Origin: Candidatus Falkowbacteria bacterium
GTDB taxonomy: Bacteria > Patescibacteriota > Patescibacteriia > XYB2-FULL-38-15
Direction: 5' to 3'
Assembly: GCA_016214745.1 (NCBI GenBank)
Contig: JACRNW010000001.1
Span: 67,150-131,149, forward strand
Length of the DNA stretch: 64,000 bases
Shown: piece by piece, positions 1-10,277 of the stretch
Numbering within the stretch: the first letter of the stretch is position 1
Layout: each line of letters opens with the position of its first letter
Notes under the pieces: generated by a model
The model's database searches: none
Seen by the model: only the letters and a program-made list of their open reading frames with translations
What the model was told of the DNA's origin: nothing
Program-made: the position numbers and the translations under genes

Positions 1-1176
1 TAATAATCGCTGAATATAATTTTCAATTTTAAAATCTTCCACTGATTTTGCGGCTGCCTGCCGCATTTTTTGTAATTCATCGCGACTTGAGGCGGCCTGT
101 TTCAGGGCGCGCGCCAAATTTTCGGCGTTGCCTGCTTCAAATGTAAAACCATTTTCGTTATCATGGACAAGTTCAGCCACGCCCCCGATCTTCGCGGCTA
201 AAACCGGCACACCAGCGGCTAAACTTTCATAAATCACACTTGGTGAATTTTCATAGCAGAGCGACGGCACGACTGTTAAATCAACCAAATTAAAAATTTT
301 AACTGCTTCTTCTCCGACTAGTTTCCCGTGAATGACAAATCGCAAATCGTTACCAACCATTTTTTTTAGCTCTTCCATTCTTGATCCGTCGCCGGCAATA
401 TGGAGCTTAAAATCAATGTCTAATTTTTTCAAAACTTCCACTAAAAATAAAATTCCTTTGTGCTCTTCAATCTGGCCAAGATAAAGAAGTTTTAAAATAC
501 TATTATCCATTGGAATGCCGGCCGGATAAATCCGTTCCACCGGATTTGGCAGAACTACTTTTTTTGATTTTTTAAAAAATCCTTTTGATGCGTAAAAACC
601 CAAAAGCCATTTTGACGGCGAGACAACAACATCGGGTGAATCAAATAATTGCCGGCAAGCGGCCTCGTAAATTTTTCTAAGCCAAGTTCTCTGCTCCCAA
701 TTTTTTTCCTGACCGGAAATAATTAGCCCGCTTGGTACGGCGAGTTGCACGTCGTGCAAAGTGTGGATGTGTTTTATTTTTAATTTTCTTATCGCGCGGG
801 GAATTAAAAATCCGATCCCCATCAAATTGTGAGTCAGAACAAGATCTGGTTTTTCTTCGCGCAAAATCTTTTTCACCGCTCTCGCACTCTGGCAATTAAA
901 CATATCCCAAAAGTGCCACTTCGCGCGCCAAAGAGCGTTATGTTTATAATCGTTTAAATAATAAAAAATGTTCGCCGGATAAAAACGGTAAACTTTTATT
1001 CCGCCCTCCGCCGCCGCAACGGGCTTAAACGACGCCCACCCATCCCACGGTTTTGTTGAAATAACAAAAACCTCGTGGCCGGCGGCGGCTAAACCTCGGG
1101 CCACTCGTTCGGCCACTCTTTCCGCTCCCCCGCGGGAAATCGGCGGATACAAATTGGAGATTAGACAAATTTTCAT
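1..1176 (-). CDS. glycosyltransferase family 4 (GT1-type), partial; the C-terminus runs off the window start
   Basis: Not in the ORF track because it is open at the window edge. My translation from the ATG at 1176 (reverse) gives MKICLISNLYPPISRGGAERVAERVARGLAAAGHEVFVISTKPWDGW..., a typical GT4 N-terminal Rossmann domain. Confidence 0.72.
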   Translation of the reverse strand, partial: MKICLISNLYPPISRGGAERVAERVARGLAAAGHEVFVISTKPWDGWASFKPVAAAEGGIKVYRFYPANIFYYLNDYKHNALWRAKWHFWDMFNCQSARAVKKILREEKPDLVLTHNLMGIGFLIPRAIRKLKIKHIHTLHDVQLAVPSGLIISGQEKNWEQRTWLRKIYEAACRQLFDSPDVVVSPSKWLLGFYASKGFFKKSKKVVLPNPVERIYPAGIPMDNSILKLLYLGQIEEHKGILFLVEVLKKLDIDFKLHIAGDGSRMEELKKMVGNDLRFVIHGKLVGEEAVKIFNLVDLTVVPSLCYENSPSVIYESLAAGVPVLAAKIGGVAELVHDNENGFTFEAGNAENLARALKQAASSRDELQKMRQAAAKSVEDFKIENYIQRLL

Positions 1177-1308
1177 AACTGCTACAAATTATAACTCTAC
1201 AAATTACAAATCATTTACAAATATACGAATAACGGCAAGGAACATTTTTTTAAATTAACGCGTTAGCAAGAATTTGTACATTTGTACAAAATTTGTAATT
1301 TGTAGTGC

Positions 1309-2406
1309 CTATTGGCATAAGACTTTTTCTAATCGTTCACCGATTTTTTTCAAATCATATTTTTCTAAAACTCTCTGCCGTCCGTTTTTACCAAAATCTT
1401 TGGCCGCGGCGAAATTGACCAAAACGCTGCCTGACGTTACCGTAAATCCATTCACGCCATATTCAACCACGCTCCGCACGCCGGGCAAATTTGAGGCGAC
1501 TACCGGTTTTCCGGAAGCGCTCGCTTCAATCAAAACTATGCCAAACGCTTCGGACTGGTCAAGCGAAGGCAGGACGACAACATCAGCCAAATTGTAATAA
1601 TCCGGCAAATCTTCCGCCGCGAGCGACCCGGCAAAAATTATCTGATCTTTTAGATTTAGATTCGCCACTATTTTTTCATAATGCGGACGTAAATCGCCGT
1701 CGCCCACCACTAAAACTTTAGCAACTGGCGTTTCGGCTTTAGCCCGAATTAAAACCTCCAACCCTTTAAAATAATGCGCCTTGTCCAGCCCGCCGACGAA
1801 TAAAATCGTTCGGGCGGTAAACAGATTAAACTTTTTAAAAAGATCTTGCTTTGCCTCAGCCGGTGAAAATTTTTCCGCGTCAACTCCAAATGGCACTTCA
1901 AAAAACTTCTCCTGATTTTTTTCTAAAATTTCTTTGATATTGGAATTCTTAGCGTAATCCAGCGACGAAACAATAATTTTATCCGCCGCGCCTAAAATTT
2001 TTGGCATTAAATTTTTCGTGTGCCAGCGAAAAAACTTGCCGAGCAAACCTCGCCCCACGACATCGTGGTGATATGTAATAACAAATTTTATTTTTTTATT
2101 TTTTAATTTTTTATAAACAACCTCCGCGCCGCCAAAAAACGGATAATGTAAATGAATAACATCAAAATTATTTAACTTCCACCAAAGTTGCGGCAAAAAA
2201 GCCGCGTTGCCATATCTTAAAAATGGCCCGAGATGAAAGAGTTTAAATTTTTCTTTTAATTCATGGCCCTGGCCTCCCGGCCGGCGCGGCACAAAAACCG
2301 AAACGTCGTGGCCGCGGCGCGCTAATTCTTCCGCTTCGGTATAAGCGGCTGTTCCGATGCCGCCGCGATACGGCGGAAAAACCGGCGAAATAATAGCTAT
2401 CTTCAT
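1309..2406 (-). CDS. glycosyltransferase family 4
   Basis: MKIAIISPVFPPYRGGIGTAAYTEAEELARRGHDV... is a GT4 N-terminus. The C-terminal half has the EAFGIVLIEA/GKPVVAS GT-B motifs. Confidence 0.8.
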   Translation of the reverse strand: MKIAIISPVFPPYRGGIGTAAYTEAEELARRGHDVSVFVPRRPGGQGHELKEKFKLFHLGPFLRYGNAAFLPQLWWKLNNFDVIHLHYPFFGGAEVVYKKLKNKKIKFVITYHHDVVGRGLLGKFFRWHTKNLMPKILGAADKIIVSSLDYAKNSNIKEILEKNQEKFFEVPFGVDAEKFSPAEAKQDLFKKFNLFTARTILFVGGLDKAHYFKGLEVLIRAKAETPVAKVLVVGDGDLRPHYEKIVANLNLKDQIIFAGSLAAEDLPDYYNLADVVVLPSLDQSEAFGIVLIEASASGKPVVASNLPGVRSVVEYGVNGFTVTSGSVLVNFAAAKDFGKNGRQRVLEKYDLKKIGERLEKVLCQ

Positions 2407-2409
2407 AAT

Positions 2410-3468
2410 CTACCAAAAAATTAAATTTCGGACGACGCGCCAATAAAGATTAAAAACCGGATTAACAATATATTTCAAGATCGGGTTGGCGATTTCTTGA
2501 AATTCCAATTTACCAACAATCAGGCGCGCCAATTCCCTATCTTTTATTTTTCTCAATTTAGCTTTTGCTTTTTTATTCTTAATCATCCGCCGCCAATTTT
2601 TAAAATGAAAAAAATATCCGTAGGCCTTAATTTTTGTCCAAAACATTCCGCGGAGCGCCGCGTAAGCGAGCATTCCGAGTTCCATAAACAAAAATGGCAG
2701 AAAAATTAAAATCAGCGTACCCAACCTATAATTTTCAAACATCATAATCATCCGGTTTCGTTCCATATAATAAAACTGCAAAATGCTCCGGGAAAATTGG
2801 TACTTGTGATACATCACGGATTTTTCCGCTAGCACTATTTTGTACCCAGCCTGCCTCACTCGCCAGGATAAATCCGTATCTTCGTGATACATAAAAAATT
2901 CCGAATCAAAAAGTCCTATCTCGCGCAAAACTTTCACTGGATAAAGAGCAGATGCGCCGGATGCATAAAAAAATTGTCTGGAAATCGGCGGTTTTAAATT
3001 AGAAATTTTTTCTCCATAGCCTTCACAAAATCCAAAACCCAGAAAATGCATCTGGTTGCCGAGCGAATTAATTTTTTCCGTTTCCGGATGAAGCCGGATT
3101 AAAGATTGAATCGCGCCAACGCTCCTATCCGCCTCGGCTGCCGCGACCAATTCGCGGAGCCACTCGGGATCGGCAATCGTATCCATATTAAAAAGAACTA
3201 TGTAATCATAGTTCGCGTCCAATGCCCGGCGCATGGCCAAATTACTTCCTTCGGCAAAACCAGAATTTTTTTCTTCCAAAATAATTTCCGCTTCCGGCGC
3301 CGTAGCGCGGAGATACGCCGCCGTTTCCGGCGTTGTCGCATTATCAACTATAAAAACCTTAAAGCTATCCTTGGGATAGCTTTGATTTCGGAGACTCGCG
3401 AGACATTCCGGAAGATATTTTTTCGCGTAGTCTTTATAATTGATGAGAATTACGGCAACCTTTGGCAT
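2410..3468 (-). CDS. glycosyltransferase family 2
   Basis: VAVILINYKDYAKKYL...FIVDNATTPE and a DxD region. GT-A fold with C-terminal TM helices. Confidence 0.78.
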   Translation of the reverse strand: MPKVAVILINYKDYAKKYLPECLASLRNQSYPKDSFKVFIVDNATTPETAAYLRATAPEAEIILEEKNSGFAEGSNLAMRRALDANYDYIVLFNMDTIADPEWLRELVAAAEADRSVGAIQSLIRLHPETEKINSLGNQMHFLGFGFCEGYGEKISNLKPPISRQFFYASGASALYPVKVLREIGLFDSEFFMYHEDTDLSWRVRQAGYKIVLAEKSVMYHKYQFSRSILQFYYMERNRMIMMFENYRLGTLILIFLPFLFMELGMLAYAALRGMFWTKIKAYGYFFHFKNWRRMIKNKKAKAKLRKIKDRELARLIVGKLEFQEIANPILKYIVNPVFNLYWRVVRNLIFW

Positions 3469-3483
3469 AAATTAACTCACAAT

Positions 3484-3843
3484 CTATGTTTTTTCGTTTG
3501 TCGTCTGCTGCCCATTATTATCCACTTCTTCTTTCATGGCCACTGTTCTGACGACTTTAGTAATATTTCTTTCAATTTTTTCAATTTTAATTGTCATCTG
3601 GAAAATAATGTAAAAAATCAAAACGATGGAAAGATAAACAATCAAATCAGCGCCGCGGCCCACGCCGACAAGCTCTGCCAAGTAACTCGTCGTATCGGGT
3701 AATAAAATAATTATTCCGACCACAAACCAAAACCCAATCCAAAAAATTACGTCTCTGGAAGTCAAAATCCCCTGCCGCCATTTTATAACCACGCGGTAGA
3801 TAATGAGCAAAATTAAAAAACTCAAAAGATACTGGATAAGCAT
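3484..3843 (-). CDS. small integral membrane protein (DUF2304-like, commonly paired with GT2 dolichol-P-sugar synthases)
   Basis: 119 aa with three hydrophobic helices, sitting between two GT2 genes. Confidence 0.5.
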   Translation of the reverse strand: MLIQYLLSFLILLIIYRVVIKWRQGILTSRDVIFWIGFWFVVGIIILLPDTTSYLAELVGVGRGADLIVYLSIVLIFYIIFQMTIKIEKIERNITKVVRTVAMKEEVDNNGQQTTNEKT

Positions 3844-3850
3844 ACAAAAA

Positions 3851-4516
3851 TTACTTTATATTTTTTCCTAAAAATAAATCAAACAAAATTCTTAAATAAT
3901 CGGGCAGACGTTGGCCGCGGCGAACTTGGGGTGAAAAATATTTAACCGTAACCGGAACTTCCTCGTAGCGCAAACTGTGCCGGCCAATTTTTTCCAAAAT
4001 TTCCGATGCATGCGCCATACGATTTTGTTCAATCGTAATTTTCTTTGCCGCCTCGCGCGAAAAAGCCCGAAAACCGTTATGAGTATCAGATAAATTAAGT
4101 CCTGAAGTCAGCCGAGTAAAAATCGTGGCACCTTTCAAAAAAAATCTTTTGACTGGAGGAATGTCTGATTTTCCAAAGCGAGCTCCCAAAACGACGTCGG
4201 CCCGACCTTCCGCCACCGGCTTTACCATGCTGACGATTTCTTCGGCGACAAACTGTCCGTCCGCGTCGTAAGTTATGATAATATCCGCTTCGCGTAAAAG
4301 CGCGATTCTTTTTCCGGTTTCAAGAGCCGCTCCCTGGCCGCGATTTATAAAATGAAAATAAACAATCGCCCCCGCTTTTTTCGCGTGTTCCATGGTGTGA
4401 TCGGTCGAACCATCATCAACCACCACGACTTCATTGACATACTTTTGCACTTCCATCACAACATCGGCAATGGTTCTCTCCTCATTGTAGGCGGGAATAA
4501 CCGCGATTGTTTTCAT
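3851..4516 (-). CDS. GT2 polyprenol-phosphate (dolichyl-P-mannose/glucose synthase-like) glycosyltransferase
   Basis: IAVIPAYNEERTIADVVMEV...VVVVDDGSTDHT is the DPM1-like signature. Confidence 0.8.
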   Translation of the reverse strand: MKTIAVIPAYNEERTIADVVMEVQKYVNEVVVVDDGSTDHTMEHAKKAGAIVYFHFINRGQGAALETGKRIALLREADIIITYDADGQFVAEEIVSMVKPVAEGRADVVLGARFGKSDIPPVKRFFLKGATIFTRLTSGLNLSDTHNGFRAFSREAAKKITIEQNRMAHASEILEKIGRHSLRYEEVPVTVKYFSPQVRRGQRLPDYLRILFDLFLGKNIK

Positions 4517-4536
4517 ATTAAATATTTAAATACTGT

Positions 4537-5562
4537 TTATCTTTGATCAACCATCCCCTGCTGCCGGAGGAGTGGCTTATATGCCTGAGTATAATCAATA
4601 CTTTTTTGCAAACCGTCTTCAAGCCGAACGAGCGGTACCCAACCCAAAAGTTCTTTTGCCTTGCTCGTATCCGGCAAACCGAGCGCCGTCATAAAAAGCA
4701 ATGGTTTTTCAAAAATGATTTTTGATTCAGAGCCGGTCATGACAATAATTTTTTCCGCCACATCAAATAATTTTAAATCTTCATTACTTCCGAGATTCAC
4801 GGGGCCAATGTCGGCCGGCGCGGCCATAAGTTTTATAAGTCCGGAAACGACATCGTCAACATAACAAAGCGAAGTGGAAAAATTCTTATCGCCGTAAATA
4901 ATCAAATCTTTATTGTCCAACGCATCAATGATAAAATCCGGAACCATTTCTCCGTCAAATAATCTTTCTCGCGGACCGTAAGTTCTGAAAATTCTCGCGA
5001 TTTTTGCGTCAAGATTGTGCGCTTCACGGTAGGTACCCACCATTGTTTCAGAAAATCTTTTTCCTTCATCATAACAACCGCGCGGCGTCAAATGATCAAC
5101 GCAACCCAAGTCTCCTTCCTTAAATAATTCCTTATCTTCTTGCCGCGGCCCGTAAACCACTGATGAAGAAGTATGAACAAATTTCGCTTTATATTTTACC
5201 GCTAAATCCAAAACATTCTTCATTCCCACCGAATTCGCCGCGAGCGTCGCTATTTTAAACTTATCAAAATCTTTGGCTGAGGTCGGGCAGGCTAGATTAT
5301 AAATTTCCTGAAGTCCTTGAAATTTTATTTTAAAACGTTCGAGCTCCGGGAAAGATTCTAAATCAATCGGCTCAACTACATCATGGCGGATAAAAGCAAA
5401 ATCCGGATGCTGCAGAAGAAAATCAATATTTGAAACATTGCCTGTGGCAAAATTGTCCAGACAAATTACGCGGCTAGTTTTAATTAATTTTTCGCAAAGA
5501 TGCGAACCGATAAAACCAGCCCCGCCAGTTACTAAAACATTTTTCTTTTCCAACGATGCCAT
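4537..5562 (-). CDS. NAD-dependent epimerase/dehydratase (UDP-glucuronate decarboxylase/UXS-like)
   Basis: VLVTGGAGFIGSHLCEKL Rossmann motif. 341 aa short-chain dehydratase architecture. Confidence 0.72.
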   Translation of the reverse strand: MASLEKKNVLVTGGAGFIGSHLCEKLIKTSRVICLDNFATGNVSNIDFLLQHPDFAFIRHDVVEPIDLESFPELERFKIKFQGLQEIYNLACPTSAKDFDKFKIATLAANSVGMKNVLDLAVKYKAKFVHTSSSVVYGPRQEDKELFKEGDLGCVDHLTPRGCYDEGKRFSETMVGTYREAHNLDAKIARIFRTYGPRERLFDGEMVPDFIIDALDNKDLIIYGDKNFSTSLCYVDDVVSGLIKLMAAPADIGPVNLGSNEDLKLFDVAEKIIVMTGSESKIIFEKPLLFMTALGLPDTSKAKELLGWVPLVRLEDGLQKSIDYTQAYKPLLRQQGMVDQR

Positions 5563-5628
5563 ATTTTTATATTTTATATTTTCTCCGCCATGGGCGGATC
5601 CGCCTCCGGCGGAAATTTAAATTTTAAA

Positions 5629-7848
5629 TTATCTAATTACTCCAACGTTTATGCCGCCCTTAAAATCCTGACTGAAAGAAAAAAATTCTTTGCGCAAAAA
5701 TCCTTTATTGTTGTAAATCTTAATTTGCGGCCCGCTACCCGGCCCGCCGCCAACAATGATTTCAGACACCTTATCACCGTCAAGATCGCCCAAAGCCAAA
5801 GTTACTCCTCCAGTTAAATTAGTGAACGGAGAAAATTTTAATTTCAAGGTCACATATTGTCCGTAAATTCTTACTTCTCCGCCATTGCTCATTTTTGTGA
5901 CGGCAATTTCGGCGATTTGATCGCCATCAGTGTCGCCCGCGGCCACCCGAAGACCGTTTTTGTATTCTTTTTCAAACGCCAAAAATTGAGTATTTAAATT
6001 TCCCCTTGAATCAAAAACTTTAACCATCGGTTCCAAGCCGTTGCCCGGTGCGACAATAATATCTGCCTTGCCGTCGCCGTCAACGTCTCCGGCCGCCACA
6101 TTTACGCCACCGCGGAAAGTTGTGGGGAAAGCCATGAACCCGCCAATCGGTGTGCCGTCCTGGCGGAAAATTCTGACATGCGGCCCGCCGCCTGGTCCGG
6201 CGCCGGTAATGATTTCGCTCTTGCCGTCGCCGTCAACGTCTCCGGCCGCCACATTTACGCCGCCGCGAAAAGTTGTAATATAGGCCATAAACCCGCTAAC
6301 CGGCGTGCCGTCCTGGCGGAAAATTCTGACATGCGGCCCGCCACCCGGTCCGGCGCCGGTAATGATTTCGCCGGCTCCGTCACCATTTAAATCGCCCGAA
6401 GCGAGACTTACTCCGCCCAAAAAACTCGTTGTGTAAGCTAAAAAACTTTTTAAGAAAGATGAATCTTCTTTAAATATTTTTACTTCCGGTTTTAACGCGG
6501 AGGCCGGGGCAACAAAAATATTTCCCCTTCGAAGCGCGAACGGCGAACTCTCCACTGTTAGGGCGGCGGCTTCAATTGTCCGAGTAATATTTAATCGTCC
6601 TTTCCCCAATTTCCCCGCGTATTCCGGATTTAAACTATCAATGTTGTCGGCGTTCACGGTAAGTAAATTTCTCACTTCGGGAACGCCGAGATTTGGATTT
6701 AAAGATTTAATCAACGCGGCAGTTCCGGCGACAAGCGGCGCGGCTACCGACGATCCCGACCAACCGCCGCTATAATATTCAGTAAATTGCGGCATACCAG
6801 GATTGTAAGCAACCGTGCTCCAAATATCAACGCCCGGCGCGGAAACGTCAACGCATTTTGTTCCGTAATTGGAAAACTCCGCTTTTTTATCATCTTTGTC
6901 CGTAGCGGCCACGCCAATCACGACATTTTCCCCGTCGCCACCATAATAGCAAACCGGATAAAGCGGTTCTTCATCTAAATCTTTTCCTGCGCCGCCCTGA
7001 TTTCCCACGGCGGCCACCACAATCACGCCGGCATTGTAAGCCCGCTCCAGTGCGAGAAATAAACTTTTACTGAAACCTGAACCGATAAAACTCAAATTAA
7101 TTACGTCCGCTCCCTTTTCCACGGCATAATCAATACCTTCAATAACAGTTAAGACATCGCCCGAACCGGCTGAATCCAAAACGCGGACCGACATAATCTT
7201 AGATTTCCACGCCACGCCGGCAATGCCTCTCGCGTTATTTCCAACTGCGGCGGCAACTCCGGCAATAATTGTCCCATGATCAATTCCCTCTTTAGTAAAC
7301 CACCATTCTTTAAAATCCGGCCGCGGATTATTGTCGCCGGCGACAAAATCCCAGCCGTTCACGTCGTCAACATAAATATTACCATCATTATCCGCGCCGT
7401 CGTTTGGCACCTCACCTTTGTTGACCCAAATATTATCTTTCAAATCTGGATGATCAAGGTCTACGCCCGTGTCCAAAACGGCAATCACCGTTTCGGGAGA
7501 ACCCGAAGTTTTTTCCCATCCGCCCCACACTCTAACTTTGTCCAAGTACCACTGCTCAACGATGTACGGATCGTTCATGGTAATCGCTTCGGCTGTCATT
7601 TTGTAATTCGGTTCGGCAAATTCAACATCAGCTCGGCTTTCATAAGCAGAAACGGCTCCCAAGACACTCTCGCCCGGCGCGAGCGATATTTTTTCTATCT
7701 GTGGATTGCCTTTAAATTTTACTAAAACTTCACTCAATTCATAGGCCCCGTTTGAAGCAACGTTAAAATCGGCGCTCACAGTCGGAAGTGGCCCTAAAAT
7801 TAGAGCAAATAAACTAAAAATTACCACTAAGTTTAATTTCTTAGCCAT
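5629..7848 (-). CDS. secreted subtilisin-like serine protease (peptidase S8) with C-terminal FG-GAP repeats
   Basis: Signal peptide. Catalytic Asp (VLDTGVDLDHPDL), His (HGTIIAG) and Ser (SGSSVAAPLVAG) motifs. Five or more GDxDGDGxxEIITGAGPGGGPHVRIF FG-GAP repeats. Confidence 0.85.
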   Translation of the reverse strand: MAKKLNLVVIFSLFALILGPLPTVSADFNVASNGAYELSEVLVKFKGNPQIEKISLAPGESVLGAVSAYESRADVEFAEPNYKMTAEAITMNDPYIVEQWYLDKVRVWGGWEKTSGSPETVIAVLDTGVDLDHPDLKDNIWVNKGEVPNDGADNDGNIYVDDVNGWDFVAGDNNPRPDFKEWWFTKEGIDHGTIIAGVAAAVGNNARGIAGVAWKSKIMSVRVLDSAGSGDVLTVIEGIDYAVEKGADVINLSFIGSGFSKSLFLALERAYNAGVIVVAAVGNQGGAGKDLDEEPLYPVCYYGGDGENVVIGVAATDKDDKKAEFSNYGTKCVDVSAPGVDIWSTVAYNPGMPQFTEYYSGGWSGSSVAAPLVAGTAALIKSLNPNLGVPEVRNLLTVNADNIDSLNPEYAGKLGKGRLNITRTIEAAALTVESSPFALRRGNIFVAPASALKPEVKIFKEDSSFLKSFLAYTTSFLGGVSLASGDLNGDGAGEIITGAGPGGGPHVRIFRQDGTPVSGFMAYITTFRGGVNVAAGDVDGDGKSEIITGAGPGGGPHVRIFRQDGTPIGGFMAFPTTFRGGVNVAAGDVDGDGKADIIVAPGNGLEPMVKVFDSRGNLNTQFLAFEKEYKNGLRVAAGDTDGDQIAEIAVTKMSNGGEVRIYGQYVTLKLKFSPFTNLTGGVTLALGDLDGDKVSEIIVGGGPGSGPQIKIYNNKGFLRKEFFSFSQDFKGGINVGVIR

Positions 7849-8132
7849 ACCCCGTTAGAAGCCCTTGGCAAAAAAGAATTTTAAGCGATTGCTGAGATAA
7901 CGTTTTCCCATACCGGATTTAAGATATCTTTCTTGCGCACGAGCGTCTTCTCTATTTAAACATGCTTCATAATAAATTAATTTCCACGGAGCCCCATATT
8001 TAGTTGATTTATTCTTGCGAGAATTATGCCTTAAAATTCTTTTTTCAAATCGCAAGTTGAACCTATATACTTTTTCTTTGTTTTATCGCTAAAAATAAGA
8101 TAAACACACCATATAGGCTTCTAACGGGGCAT
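7846..8132. repeat. element bounded by a 17-18-bp inverted repeat (CATACCCCGTTAGAAGCC ... GGCTTCTAACGGGGCAT) enclosing the GIY-YIG remnant
   Basis: Left arm 7846-7863, right arm 8116-8132 (16 of 17 match as a reverse complement). The left arm overlaps the start codon of the S8 protease gene. Confidence 0.6.
7855..8110 (-). pseudogene. degraded small GIY-YIG nuclease gene (frameshifted, no in-frame start)
   Basis: The ORF gives LRHNSRKNKSTKYGAPWKLIYYEACLNREDARAQERYLKSG, the C-terminal half of the ~90-aa GIY-YIG proteins common in CPR. The N-terminal GIY part (VYLIFSDKTKKKYIGSTCDLKKEF*) lies upstream in another frame. Confidence 0.6.
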
Positions 8133-8154
8133 ATTAAAAGATTATACCACTTTT

Positions 8155-8201
8155 ATTTTAAAAAACAAACCCACCTAATTTCTTAAAGAAAAGACGGGTT
8201 T
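8155..8201 (-). terminator. putative rho-independent terminator downstream of the 8221-10101 gene
   Basis: On the minus strand, AAACCC...GGGTTT stem followed by a T-run. Confidence 0.4.
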
Positions 8202-8220
8202 ATTTGATTTATTTAATGGT

Positions 8221-10101
8221 TTAGTACAAGTCGCTGATCGTCCTTGTGGTCGCCTCAACTGAAACCTTGCTGTAATCCGCGGTTGAACTGACGTCCGCTC
8301 CGGCTACGGCATTGCCGTAATTTGTTTTGTACACTTCCGGCACGGCGATAATTTTCTTTTCCCAATCAGCGCCGTAAAGCGAAGTCGCAACAGAGGCAGA
8401 AGTAATCCAGCGCAATTGGCCCGTGGCAGTTAAGACATAAACCTTTGGATCAAGAACGCGGAAAGGCGTATCCATACTGACAAACTGAACTAGAAAAGTG
8501 CCTGGTTTCGCGAGCACATTGCCGCCAAATGGAACCGACGTCACGATGGTGTGGCTCACAGTTTTAATGGTGGAAAAATTAGTATACCAGGAAAAATAAA
8601 TTGCCTGAGTCGGGAAAACATATCTCTTGCCGTTATCCGCGTAATAATAAACTGCTGTGCTTCCGGCCTCTTTAAACAAATCGCCGTAAACCAAGGTTGA
8701 AGTGCCTGTGAAAGTGACGGTCGTAGTCTGAGAAATTGTTACCCCGTCTGCTATGGCAGTTAGAGTCGCTGTACCAGTCGCTCCTGATCTGACTTGGAAA
8801 GTTGCCTGGCCTGAAGAATTGGTCGTTCCGTCAACGATCGTAATTGCGTCAGATGAACCGCGGTTGGACGACAAGGTTACGGTTTTACCGGAAAGAAGAG
8901 CATCAGAAGCGTCACGAACAGTTACATAAACCACTGAGTAAGAACTGCCGTCGGCCACTACTGAAGCCGGGATCGCGAGAACACTTGACCTTGAGGCGGA
9001 AACAGAACTGGAAACTACTCCGGTGAAGACAACGCTGGCCGTTTGGTCAACTGTTACGCCATCAGCCACCGCAGTAAAAGTGGCGCTGCCCGGCGTGTTG
9101 GAATGAGCTTGAAAATAAGCTTTGCCGGACGCGTCTGTCGTCCCATTAACAATTGCGATTGTGTCAGTCGCTCCACGGCTTGATGACACCGTCACGGTTT
9201 TACCGGAGAGCGCGCTGCCGGAAGAATTTTTTATTGTCGCGATAATTACCGAGACGGAAGAACCATCAGCTGTCACTGATGTTGGGGAAGCGGAAACCGT
9301 TGACAGGCTCGCGGAAACCGCGAGAGCCGGATCAGTGCCAGTTCTAAAACTCCAAGGATTTGTTATCGCGGGAGAGGCGCCGGAAGAAAGTAAATATCCG
9401 ACCAAATCTTCACCGCTCGTTGAAACAGTGATGTTCGTATCATAAGGAGGAGATGTTAATCTTGACCGAGTAACCGTTTTATCACCGTCACTCCAAGCAG
9501 GCATCAACCAACTTCCGGAACTGATGGAAAGCGAAGTCGCACTGGTCTGCATCGGTTCGGAAAAAGTCACTCTAATATATGAAAGCGTAGTGCTGACTCC
9601 AGTTGCTCCGGCCGTCGGGACGGTAGAAATAATAACCGGCGAAGCATTATCGTCAACATTTCTGAGCGGCTGGGTTGGAGCTCCTACACCCGAAACCGTA
9701 ACACTGTCCAAAGTTCCTAAATTTTTGTACTGGAGATCTGCCTGGACATACATAGTTGCCGGGTAGCCGGTTTCATTTGCGTCGCCGGAAACAAGAAGAT
9801 AAAAATAATTTGTTGTGCCGTTACAATCAAAATCTCCGCCCACACCATTTAACCTGCCCGTCGGCGCGGTCAGTCCAATACTTCCGGCGCCCACAGCCCA
9901 ATCGCCCGCTTCAAATTTGCAACTTGTTACCGCTAAATCAAAAGTCACTTTAAGACGGTCGATCGTGCCGTTGTGATCAAAATCCGAAAAAGCGACTGAC
10001 GTTAAAGTCGGCGTCCAGGCGTTTGCCGTTTGCGGTAGCATATTTACCCCGCTTACGGTCAAGACCATCGCGACCATGAGAAAAATTCTAAAGGTTTTCA
10101 T
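8221..10101 (-). CDS. secreted surface protein with two Big_1-like Ig domains and the conserved C-terminal domain (type II)
   Basis: Signal peptide. Two copies of SASPTSVTADGSS...SGKTVT(V/L)SS(S/N)RG...ATF(T/Q). The C-terminal ~170 aa (GDLFKEAGSTAVYYYADNGKRYVFPTQAIYFSWY...) is homologous to the C-termini of 21848-23530 and the N-terminal domain of 25480-29247. Confidence 0.7.
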   Translation of the reverse strand: MKTFRIFLMVAMVLTVSGVNMLPQTANAWTPTLTSVAFSDFDHNGTIDRLKVTFDLAVTSCKFEAGDWAVGAGSIGLTAPTGRLNGVGGDFDCNGTTNYFYLLVSGDANETGYPATMYVQADLQYKNLGTLDSVTVSGVGAPTQPLRNVDDNASPVIISTVPTAGATGVSTTLSYIRVTFSEPMQTSATSLSISSGSWLMPAWSDGDKTVTRSRLTSPPYDTNITVSTSGEDLVGYLLSSGASPAITNPWSFRTGTDPALAVSASLSTVSASPTSVTADGSSVSVIIATIKNSSGSALSGKTVTVSSSRGATDTIAIVNGTTDASGKAYFQAHSNTPGSATFTAVADGVTVDQTASVVFTGVVSSSVSASRSSVLAIPASVVADGSSYSVVYVTVRDASDALLSGKTVTLSSNRGSSDAITIVDGTTNSSGQATFQVRSGATGTATLTAIADGVTISQTTTVTFTGTSTLVYGDLFKEAGSTAVYYYADNGKRYVFPTQAIYFSWYTNFSTIKTVSHTIVTSVPFGGNVLAKPGTFLVQFVSMDTPFRVLDPKVYVLTATGQLRWITSASVATSLYGADWEKKIIAVPEVYKTNYGNAVAGADVSSTADYSKVSVEATTRTISDLY

Positions 10102-10277
10102 AATTTTTAATTAAAATTAAATTAAGATTTAGAAGGCCGCTTTAGGCGACCCCTCTGCTTATATAAGACGAATAATGCGCCTAATTATTTCAATCTCACG
10201 TTAATTTAGTATACCAAAAAATACCGGAACTAAAAAGAGACGGGAACTGCCCATCTCTTTTTTTGCTATAAAATTGG

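Noticed and set aside
677-895. 72-aa minus-strand ORF from the track
   Set aside because: It lies in the wrong frame inside the partial GT4 gene, which I translated continuously from 1176.
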